A stretch of 64,000 bases of DNA, from contig JAHQWL010000023.1 in the NCBI GenBank assembly GCA_029856155.1, positions 96,001 to 160,000 of the forward strand, given 5' to 3'. The position numbers and the translations under genes are program-made. Each line of letters opens with the position of its first letter. Position 1 is the first letter of the stretch. The notes under the pieces were generated by a model. The model did no database searches, was not told the origin of the DNA, and saw only the letters and a list, made by a program, of their open reading frames with translations. Below, piece after piece: positions 48,897 to 57,373 of this stretch. Source of the DNA: Promethearchaeia archaeon. Lineage in GTDB: Archaea > Asgardarchaeota > Lokiarchaeia > Sigyniarchaeales > SOKP01.

Positions 48897-49709
48897 TCAT
48901 CTACCTTTGAATTTTGGTTCTCTCTTCTTGATGAATGAATTCATTCCTTCGCCAAAATCATAAGTTCTTATATTTTTACAATATAATCGAAATTCATTTT
49001 GTAAAGATGGAAACAATTCGTTAAATTGAGAAAAATTTAACATAGCTTTATTATATCCAAGACATTTCGTCGGCATCTGTACGATTTTTCGAACAAATTC
49101 AAATGATTTTTCTTTAAATTCGTCTATCGGGTAAACTTTAGTAATTAGACCTATATCTAAAGCCTCTTTTGCATCAAGATGACGTCCAGTTAAAATAATC
49201 TCTGTTGCTCTTCCAAAACCAACAATTCTGGGCAGAAACCAACTTGCTCCGCTTAAAATACAATGAGCTCTATTTGTACGATGATCTCCAATTTTCAAAT
49301 TATCTGCTGCTAATCGAAAATCACATGCAAGTGCAATATCAAATCCTGCACCTAAGCAATATCCTTTTAACAAAGCTATCACAGGTTTTTGAATTTCTCG
49401 TATTAAACGGACAACTTTATGATGGGGCATTCGTGAACCATCTTCTAATGGTGTGAATTTAACCCCTTCTGGCCCCATACTTTTCATATCATCACCAGAG
49501 GAGAAATTTTCACCTGCTCCTTCAAGAATAACAGCACGGAGTAACTTTTTTTTCATGATAGACTTAAATACTTCTACAATTTCCATTAATAATGGGTACT
49601 GTAATGCGTTAAACTTGTCTGGACGATTAATAGTAATTTTACCAATACCATCCTTAAATTCATATAATATATACTTAAAATTAGTACTTAGAATTAGAAT
49701 CCTCTCCAT
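48897..49709 (-). CDS. Enoyl-CoA hydratase/isomerase family
   Basis: INRPDKFNA, FSSGDD, KPVIA, GAGFDIALACD and LPRIVG. Confidence 0.92.
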   Translation of the reverse strand: MERILILSTNFKYILYEFKDGIGKITINRPDKFNALQYPLLMEIVEVFKSIMKKKLLRAVILEGAGENFSSGDDMKSMGPEGVKFTPLEDGSRMPHHKVVRLIREIQKPVIALLKGYCLGAGFDIALACDFRLAADNLKIGDHRTNRAHCILSGASWFLPRIVGFGRATEIILTGRHLDAKEALDIGLITKVYPIDEFKEKSFEFVRKIVQMPTKCLGYNKAMLNFSQFNELFPSLQNEFRLYCKNIRTYDFGEGMNSFIKKREPKFKGR

Positions 49710-49796
49710 TTTAAATTATTAAAATAAATATGTCTAGATCTTTCAAAAAAATTATATATTTGTTGTTTTACAAAAAAAGAAAGTAAATAAAAATGT

Positions 49797-50414
49797 TTAC
49801 CAAATCTCGAATTTTTGGTCAAGTTTGGAAGTAAAAACAAGTAGGTAAGGAATTAATAAATCCCAAAGACTCGTTAAGGCATTAAGCAGAATTACTAATA
49901 TAGTCCAATATTCTAATCCTTCCGACCCATAAAAAGCCAAATAAACAATAATATTTAGAATCACCATTACGATTATTCTAACTAATATACCTAATGCACC
50001 ATAAACTACGTAAGTTTTCGGTCTTTTTAATTTTTGACTTTTCCTCCCACCTTCTTTCCGATTAATAAGATATAACAGCATTATTGGGACAATCATTAAT
50101 GAAAAAGTAGCTGAAAACTTCATAAGAGGACCAATTGGAGTAAATGGATCAAAAGGAAAAAGCACTGTCATTCCAATGACACAGCATAAAACTCCTGCTA
50201 ATGGACCAAATATTAAAAAACATGTAAACCATATAATTGAAACAGGGTCAAAATAAGCAAAACCTTGTGGTGTTCTGGGTAAATATGGGACTACAAAGAG
50301 AGATAAAATTAAAGATAATGCGCCAAAAATAGCAGCACCAACAATTTGAAGTGTTAATCGAGTTCTTTTGGACAAAAAAGATTCTTTTTCTTCAACAAAC
50401 TCTGCTACAGTCAT
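49797..50414 (-). CDS. ECF transporter S component
   Basis: AAIFGAL, YFDPVSI, IFGPLAG and IGPLMKF in a 5-6 TM protein. Confidence 0.75.
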   Translation of the reverse strand: MTVAEFVEEKESFLSKRTRLTLQIVGAAIFGALSLILSLFVVPYLPRTPQGFAYFDPVSIIWFTCFLIFGPLAGVLCCVIGMTVLFPFDPFTPIGPLMKFSATFSLMIVPIMLLYLINRKEGGRKSQKLKRPKTYVVYGALGILVRIIVMVILNIIVYLAFYGSEGLEYWTILVILLNALTSLWDLLIPYLLVFTSKLDQKFEIW

Positions 50415-50671
50415 TTTTACTCATTAATAAAGAATTTTCATTTTATATTCCTAGGATAATGTGTGTTTTGGTATTTAAAATGTTTTAGGTAAAATATATT
50501 TAATAAATTACAATTTACAAATTAAATTAAAATAGATTTTTATAATTATTATTAAAGATGGGTTAAAAATTTTAACTAGTTCATTAATTAAGGCTCTAAA
50601 TTATTTGTATTTCAATTAATATCTTGTTATCTTTATTATTCAATCTACTCATTTTTGGAGATATAGAAAGT

Positions 50672-51856
50672 CTAAGAAAACCTTTTTCCAAGACCCCTAT
50701 ATGTAAAATATTTATCTATAAATTTTCCTTCTGAATAGATATTTATTTCATTAAAATGTTCAAGAGGTTCACCAGCTTTTCCAAATCTACAAAAAATTGG
50801 GTCACCCAAATTAAGATTTATTTTTTTTGGATTAAATTTAAAAGGCGTTTGAACTTCTCCAAACTCTTCATTTTTATAGGTTTTTAAATGATCAGGTATA
50901 ACTACAATTGGAAATGCTCTTATAGAACCAGAGCTAACATAACCTCCCGAAAATGTGGTTATTATATTATGCCTTGGCTTTCTTACAACTTGAAGTACAA
51001 AGAACAGAGATGGTATAAAATCTTGCAATGAATTAATTGAATCAAATATATGAGATTTAAAAAGTAAAGATCCAATACCAATTTCTGTAATTGATGGTTC
51101 TTCCGCGGTTTCTTGAAAACAACCTGATCCTCCTCCATTCACTACTGCTGGTTCTAATCCTTCTGAAATTAAACTGTTAACAACCTCTTGACGCAGTTGA
51201 TTCACATGTTTCCGAGAACGCTTTTTAATCCATCTCATAAAAGCGCTATTATCTCCTATACTTGCATTTTGAGCTTCATAGCCCATGATTCCTCTATATT
51301 GAAGATTCTTTCTTTTTTCTGTCTCTCTTGCTAGCATAATTATATCTTCTGATTTTCTTAAAGGACTTCTAAGAACACCTATATTTACACCAAAAAATCG
51401 ATCTGCTATATCAAGTTCTATTAAAATTTGAAATTTTACATTATGTTTATTTGCTGCTTTCTCTAATTGATTTATATGAAAAATAGAATCAACCATTACA
51501 GATATCTCTACTCCTTCTATTGAAGCTGCTTTACATAATTCCGCTATATCAACGGGAGAAGTCGTAGGATATCCTAATAGTATATCTTTAATATTGTAAT
51601 TTTCAGCAAAAAATAGTGCTTCAGCGGAATTATACACAAAAATACCATTCACAAAATCTTTTTGTTCTACAATTTTTATTAATTCTGGCACTCTTACTGA
51701 TTTTGTACATAATCTTAGATTTTTTTTTGCCTTGTTTAAATAATTCCCCACTCTGTCTAAATTTTGGTTAAAAGCTTCAATATCACAAATAACTAGTGGA
51801 AATTTTCTGTTTCTAACTAATTCTTTTAATTCCTCATAAGATAATGATATCAACAT
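50672..51856 (-). CDS. PLP-dependent alanine-racemase-fold enzyme (D-serine dehydratase/D-threonine aldolase-like)
   Basis: LRLCTKSVR (PLP lysine), GIMGYEAQ, VNGGGSG and FGEVQTP. Confidence 0.85.
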   Translation of the reverse strand: MLISLSYEELKELVRNRKFPLVICDIEAFNQNLDRVGNYLNKAKKNLRLCTKSVRVPELIKIVEQKDFVNGIFVYNSAEALFFAENYNIKDILLGYPTTSPVDIAELCKAASIEGVEISVMVDSIFHINQLEKAANKHNVKFQILIELDIADRFFGVNIGVLRSPLRKSEDIIMLARETEKRKNLQYRGIMGYEAQNASIGDNSAFMRWIKKRSRKHVNQLRQEVVNSLISEGLEPAVVNGGGSGCFQETAEEPSITEIGIGSLLFKSHIFDSINSLQDFIPSLFFVLQVVRKPRHNIITTFSGGYVSSGSIRAFPIVVIPDHLKTYKNEEFGEVQTPFKFNPKKINLNLGDPIFCRFGKAGEPLEHFNEINIYSEGKFIDKYFTYRGLGKRFS

Positions 51857-51934
51857 TTAAATCCCCCATTTTATTAAGAAATGAAAAAAACATTAATTTA
51901 TATATATTACAAATAGTATTTATAAGAGTATAAT

Positions 51935-53290
51935 TTATTTTAATAACTTCTTCTCTTTAGCATCTAATTCTAGCCAATCACTTACGTTCTTTAATTGTTT
52001 TCTTGAAGCTCCACATAGTATTTTTAAAAACGGAAGGAAATTTTGAATGAAATCAATTTGGGAAATTTCATATTTTCTTTTAAGCTTTTCTACAAATTCT
52101 TTTTCAATATTCGTCAAAGAATAATAAGTTCCTGAAGTGTATCTTGGAAATACAACTCTCTGAAATCCTTTTGATAAAGGTGTATCTTTTCTAGATAAAG
52201 CAACACCACCCGCAAAGAGGTCAAAAAAATAGGGTAATAGACCCCAATATTGAGTAGTACGAATTCTACCAAAAATTTCATCAGCTAATGAAAGGTTCTC
52301 AAAAGCGGTAGCAAGGTCTCTATTTGATTTCATGAATGTAAGGAGATTTTCATTGATCCATTTATATAAGAAGTTATAATCAACATCAGATTTGTTAGTT
52401 AAATTTTTAGCTTCTCGCAAAGAAGATACTTTAAATAAATCTCTAATTAAGGAAAATATTTCTTCTAGACTATCGCGATGTAGACTAAGGATTAATTCCT
52501 TTACATCGCCCTCAATCTTACCTTGACCAATTCCTTGAAGATCGTTGATAACTCCTCTCAAATCACCATTATTTTTTTCAATAATTAACTCTAAATCATC
52601 ATTTTTAAAACTTGTAATATTCTCCTTCTTTAGGATGTTTATTACTATTTTCATTACTTCATTCTTGGGTAAAGGAAGAACCTCATACCTTTTAATCTTA
52701 TTATATAATGGTTGTAGATTTGTTTTATATTCATTAGAACACATTATGATGGGGAACTGCGTATCCTGAATTAAATCAATAACAGTAGGAATTGCCCCTC
52801 TATCTTGAACTCCATAAATACCATCAATCTCATCAATAAGTATTAATTTCTCCTTTGACTCAGTAATAAAATCCATTATTCCACGAGATTTAGTAGTTTC
52901 TTTCAATCTCCTTTCTAATGTACTCCTCGTTCGTGTATCAGATGCGTTAGTTTCAATTACTTCCATATTGAAATCATTTGCTAGTGCATAAACAATAGAG
53001 GTTTTGCCAATTCCAGGTGGACCCTCTAATAAAACAGCAGCTTCATCAGGAGATATTTTTTTCTCTTCTTTTTGCTCCTTTTCAATAACACTTCTATTAA
53101 ATTCTCGAATTTCTTTATTCTCAGTATTAACTCGTTTTCGTTCTTCGAAGAAGTTTTTTACAAAATTCTCTAATTCTTCACTCAAGTTAACTCTTTGTCT
53201 GCCCAGTCTAGCAGTGGGTAAAGCCATTTCCTTGATGCTCTTTGGGCGAAATTTCTCAACCCAGGGAATATCTGAATACTTTTTTGGCAT
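51935..53290 (-). CDS. rfcL: Replication factor C large subunit
   Basis: PWVEKFRP, GPPGIGKT, IETNASD, LILIDEID, GDLRGVINDLQ, WINEN and LSLADEIFGR. Confidence 0.92.
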   Translation of the reverse strand: MPKKYSDIPWVEKFRPKSIKEMALPTARLGRQRVNLSEELENFVKNFFEERKRVNTENKEIREFNRSVIEKEQKEEKKISPDEAAVLLEGPPGIGKTSIVYALANDFNMEVIETNASDTRTRSTLERRLKETTKSRGIMDFITESKEKLILIDEIDGIYGVQDRGAIPTVIDLIQDTQFPIIMCSNEYKTNLQPLYNKIKRYEVLPLPKNEVMKIVINILKKENITSFKNDDLELIIEKNNGDLRGVINDLQGIGQGKIEGDVKELILSLHRDSLEEIFSLIRDLFKVSSLREAKNLTNKSDVDYNFLYKWINENLLTFMKSNRDLATAFENLSLADEIFGRIRTTQYWGLLPYFFDLFAGGVALSRKDTPLSKGFQRVVFPRYTSGTYYSLTNIEKEFVEKLKRKYEISQIDFIQNFLPFLKILCGASRKQLKNVSDWLELDAKEKKLLK

Positions 53291-53303
53291 TTGCTTTACT
53301 CAC

Positions 53304-54350
53304 CTACATATATTCTGAAAACAAACAGATTTTTGATAGAAGAGCAGATATTTGAATATCTATATCTCTCCCATCAAGGGTTCTGAAGTCAGAATCGGCA
53401 ATTAAATTAATTAATTTAATCCTTGTAAATTTACTTATCGGTAATTTATTAATTTCATTAAGTAAAAGTTTATAAAATTCATGAGCACTAAATTTATAAT
53501 TCGAAAGGATTTTTCGTGATAATTCCCTCGCTTTTGGGAAATCTCCTTTAAAGGTTACTAATAAGAGACTTCTAATAAGTTCATTATGAAATTTCTGAGC
53601 GTTTTCATATAAAATTTCAATAGATATATTGTTTCCATTAATACTGCTCAATTGTAAAAGATCAATTGCTTGAGAGATTCTACCCTCTGAAATTCGATAT
53701 AAAATTTTTATACATTCATCTGAAATTTCTAATGACTCTTGTTTAGTGATATAAAGAATCAGTTCTTTAAATTCAATAAATTTAACTCGAGAAATCAGAA
53801 TAATATGACATCTACTAACAATGGGATTAATAATACTTGAAATTTTGGTAGTGATTAAAATCATCCTACAATTAGTGCCATAGATCTCCATTAACCTTCT
53901 AAAACCTTGTTGGTTTGACTCTAAGGCTTCGAAATTCTTCACAACCAGAATTTTAAAAGGAGCTTTTCCCAATACTTTTAATTGAACAAAAGGTTTTACT
54001 TTTGCTTGAATAAATGCAGGTGTTGTAATTCTTTTTCCAGCACTGCTACCAATTTTATTTGTAGAAACGTAAGCCTCAGATCTTGCTTGTTTTCTTTCTT
54101 CATCAGTTAAAGGAACATCTGCATATACTAATTTAAAATTGGCGTCATAATCTTTATCTAGAAATTCCTTTGAAAATAATTGAGCAATCATCGTTTTTCC
54201 AATACCCTTTGACCCGACAAATAATAAATGTGGAAAATTACTTTGCTGAATTATATTTTTTAAAGCCTCTTTAACTCTTTTTCTTCCGCAGATTTCATCC
54301 AAACTTTTTGGATGATACTTTATTCGCCAAATAGGAATTTCTTCAGTCAA
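53304..54350 (-). CDS. Replication factor C small-subunit paralog with a degenerate ATPase site
   Basis: WRIKYHP, PHLLFVGSKGIGKT, QQGFRRLME and IVSRC are present. Walker B reads ILVVKNFE. Confidence 0.88.
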   Translation of the reverse strand: MTEEIPIWRIKYHPKSLDEICGRKRVKEALKNIIQQSNFPHLLFVGSKGIGKTMIAQLFSKEFLDKDYDANFKLVYADVPLTDEERKQARSEAYVSTNKIGSSAGKRITTPAFIQAKVKPFVQLKVLGKAPFKILVVKNFEALESNQQGFRRLMEIYGTNCRMILITTKISSIINPIVSRCHIILISRVKFIEFKELILYITKQESLEISDECIKILYRISEGRISQAIDLLQLSSINGNNISIEILYENAQKFHNELIRSLLLVTFKGDFPKARELSRKILSNYKFSAHEFYKLLLNEINKLPISKFTRIKLINLIADSDFRTLDGRDIDIQISALLSKICLFSEYM

Positions 54351-54391
54351 ATTTGAATACCTTAAGATCTGTATATTTTTTCAATAAATCG

Positions 54392-55360
54392 TTAAATTTG
54401 AATATATTCTATGATATTTGCTAAAAGTGCTGAAATCTGTATATATTCATCTGCCCCTTGACTTATTCGATAATCTATTTCTCCAATATATGTCCTTAAA
54501 TTAATTATTTTACTGGGATCTAGGTCTAAAATTGGTAACATTTCTGATAATTGCCTTATGAAATTTCGACTGTCAAGAATTTCAACAGCATCTATTATTT
54601 CTTTTGAACTTATAAAATCCTTTCTTTTGATAGCCGAGATTAAATTTTTTAAAGTTAATTTATCTAAAAATCCAGAAATTCTTAATATTTCATTAATATC
54701 TAAATTTTCCAAAAGTTCAAGAGCCACTGCCATCTGGAGAGTATTTATAGCTTTTCTTAAATCCCCTCCTGAAATAAAGTAAATTTGATTGAAAAATTGC
54801 TCTGACTTATTCGAGGGTATTTTCAAGTTCTCTTTTTCAGTTATATATTTTAATCTATCTATTATCTTTTTTTTTGGTAAACTTGTAAATCTAAACACTG
54901 CACATCGAGACACAATTGGATCGATTATTCTGTTTATATAATTGCATAAAAGTATGAATTTTATATTATCTGATGTTTTTTCAATAATTCTTCTAAGAGC
55001 TTGCTGGACTTGTCCGGGTATATTATCAGCCTCATCTAGGAGAACAAATTTTAAAGACCCATTTTTAGTAAAAGATTGATTAACAAAATTTTTTAAAATA
55101 TCTCTTACAAAATCTATTCTCACGGTGTCGGAAGCATTCAATTCCAAAAGATTGGTATCTAACTCTTCTTCTTTCAGAAAATGCCTTGCTATAATCAAGG
55201 CAGTACTTGTTTTTCCGGTTCCTGCTGGACCAGTAAAAATGAGATGAGGTATATTAGTATTTTTTACGAATTCTCTTAGATTATTTATCGCAATATTCTG
55301 GCTTACGATATCATCGAAATTTTTAGGTCTGTATTTTTCAGTCCAAGGAATTTCCAACAT
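54392..55360 (-). CDS. rfcS: Replication factor C small subunit (canonical)
   Basis: PWTEKYRP, GPAGTGKT, LELNASD, LLDEAD, QQALRR, VSRC and GGDLRKAIN. Confidence 0.95.
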   Translation of the reverse strand: MLEIPWTEKYRPKNFDDIVSQNIAINNLREFVKNTNIPHLIFTGPAGTGKTSTALIIARHFLKEEELDTNLLELNASDTVRIDFVRDILKNFVNQSFTKNGSLKFVLLDEADNIPGQVQQALRRIIEKTSDNIKFILLCNYINRIIDPIVSRCAVFRFTSLPKKKIIDRLKYITEKENLKIPSNKSEQFFNQIYFISGGDLRKAINTLQMAVALELLENLDINEILRISGFLDKLTLKNLISAIKRKDFISSKEIIDAVEILDSRNFIRQLSEMLPILDLDPSKIINLRTYIGEIDYRISQGADEYIQISALLANIIEYIQI

Positions 55361-55390
55361 AACGCTAATCCTATTACTATTATCAAAAAA

Positions 55391-55867
55391 CTAAACTTTA
55401 GAGTTCTTTTCTGTTAGATCTAACTCTAATACTTCATAAACTTTTTTGAAATTCATTTGTTCATAAAGCTTAGAAGCTTCTAGTGCTCTTTTTTTAATAT
55501 TCACTTTAATTTTTTCCACCTTAATCTTCTTCAAATGTTCTAAAGCTTTTTCTAATAAAAGACTCCCTACTCCTTTTTTACGATATGGTTCCTTTAGAAA
55601 AAACTGCTTAATATATCCTTCAGAAGAGCCAAATGGATCTATTCTAAGCTCAGCGATAATCATTCCTATAACTTCATTAGAATCTTCATCTACAGCTATA
55701 AGCATACCATGACGTTGAAGAGGATCGAAAATACGACGTCGTATTCCCCAATCAAAACGTTTAGGATCAAATTTTTGCCCCAGTCCTTCCACTAATTCTT
55801 TAGTTAAATCTTTTAAGTCTTCTATGTGTTCAGGATTTGCGACTTCAACTTTTATATTCGAACTCAT
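55391..55867 (-). CDS. GNAT-family acetyltransferase
   Basis: YRKKGVGSLLL acetyl-CoA loop and KLYEQMNF. Confidence 0.88.
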   Translation of the reverse strand: MSSNIKVEVANPEHIEDLKDLTKELVEGLGQKFDPKRFDWGIRRRIFDPLQRHGMLIAVDEDSNEVIGMIIAELRIDPFGSSEGYIKQFFLKEPYRKKGVGSLLLEKALEHLKKIKVEKIKVNIKKRALEASKLYEQMNFKKVYEVLELDLTEKNSKV

Positions 55868-56049
55868 GGTTAATCATCATAAATGACATATACTTTCTTA
55901 TTAAAATAATAATTGCTATTTTAAAATTTAAATTTTCTTGACTCAAATTTAATAAAATAACAAGTGAGGTGTTTATTAATATATCTTTTAATTAAAACAA
56001 TAGCATTTCAAAAAAATTAAAATGATTTTGGCATCTATAAATAAAAATG

Positions 56050-56334
56050 CTAAAAATGGCGAGCAGATGTCCCATCCCAAGCCCTAACACTTTCATTTAC
56101 CCATCCACACTTTGGACATTTATCTGGAAGCTCCCAATTTTCAAGTGCAGGATGAATACGGCAATATAGTCCACCACAACTAGCACATACTAGATATTTT
56201 GCACCACAACCGGAACACATTTTTAATTGACCCTCCTCAACAAAAAGAAAAGCTCTTTTCATCCATTCATCCGATACTAAAGAGAATTCATTCTTTCCAC
56301 AAACGACACAATGAACCCCATCATCTTGAGACAT
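56050..56334 (-). CDS. Small multi-zinc-finger protein
   Basis: CVVC, CSGC, CASC and CPKC in 94 aa. Confidence 0.75.
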   Translation of the reverse strand: MSQDDGVHCVVCGKNEFSLVSDEWMKRAFLFVEEGQLKMCSGCGAKYLVCASCGGLYCRIHPALENWELPDKCPKCGWVNESVRAWDGTSARHF

Positions 56335-56503
56335 AAAAAATCACCAAATAATAATAAAAATTTGTTTAAATTGAATTAAATTCATTTACTAAGTAAATAT
56401 ATAAAATTAATAATAAAACTACAAATTAAATATTTTGTTATAAGTAAGTATTAGTTAAAAAATAAATTGTAAATTGGAGAAATATCAAAAAAATTTCTTA
56501 TTT

Positions 56504-56827
56504 TTACATTTGTAATTTCTTTGCAGCTCCAGCTCCAGTGACTTCAGGATTGACCTCTTCAACGTTTTGAATTAATGTATATATTGCATCTTCCTCTAAA
56601 GCTTCTTTAAAAGCAATATACATCTCTTTACTCCCAATAAATAATCCTTTTCGTTTCATTGGTTTACCATCGTTTTTTAAAGGATTTACCTCTAGAAAGA
56701 GTAAAGCAGGTCTCGTTTTTGTTGCAGGAACTTTAACTACAAATACACCAGGGACAGGAGTCTCCATTTTTTCCCAATCTTTTCCATTTTTCAAATGATC
56801 TTTTAATTGTGCTTGAATGTCTGCCAT
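56504..56827 (-). CDS. Conserved archaeal hypothetical protein
   Basis: KDWEKMETPVPGVFVVKVP...LEVNP...KRKGL. Clean 107-aa ORF with an upstream TATA-like element. Confidence 0.75.
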   Translation of the reverse strand: MADIQAQLKDHLKNGKDWEKMETPVPGVFVVKVPATKTRPALLFLEVNPLKNDGKPMKRKGLFIGSKEMYIAFKEALEEDAIYTLIQNVEEVNPEVTGAGAAKKLQM

Positions 56828-57092
56828 TTTTGTTCACATAACAAATTTGTATTATGCGTTACATGTTACATTTAATACTTGTATAAAAATTTTTGGATCG
56901 AGATATAATTTTTATCCTACCTAAAAGTTTAATAGAGTAATCATTTATCAAATATCTAAGAAAATCTTGTTTCAAACTAAGATTCAGAATTATAATAGCA
57001 TTTTGTCGGATTTCTTGGGGTCATTTTCCACTAAACCTTTAAATATATCACTCTCGTATATATTTTTATCGATTAAAACAAAAAAGAAATAG

Positions 57093-57323
57093 ATGTTTGA
57101 TATGAAATTAATTTCAGTAAACTTACCGGAATCCTATCTTAAAGTTTTAGAGATACTAGTAGTTGATGGTAAATTCCCTAATAGAAGTGAAGCGATTCGA
57201 GTAGCAATCCGTGATTTGATTAAAACCGAATATTTGATAGAAGAATCAGTAAATAGAAATCTTGCCCCAAGTCTCATAGAATCTGAAGTAGAAAATGAGA
57301 TTCAAGAAAATCTATTAATCTAA
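57093..57323 (+). CDS. Ribbon-helix-helix regulator, CdrS-like
   Basis: MKLISVNLP...GKFPNRSEAIRVAIRDLI. Confidence 0.85.
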   Translation: MFDMKLISVNLPESYLKVLEILVVDGKFPNRSEAIRVAIRDLIKTEYLIEESVNRNLAPSLIESEVENEIQENLLI

Positions 57324-57373
57324 CCAATTTTTTTTTCTTTTTTTAAAAATAGATTGTTAAAAGAGTAATTATT

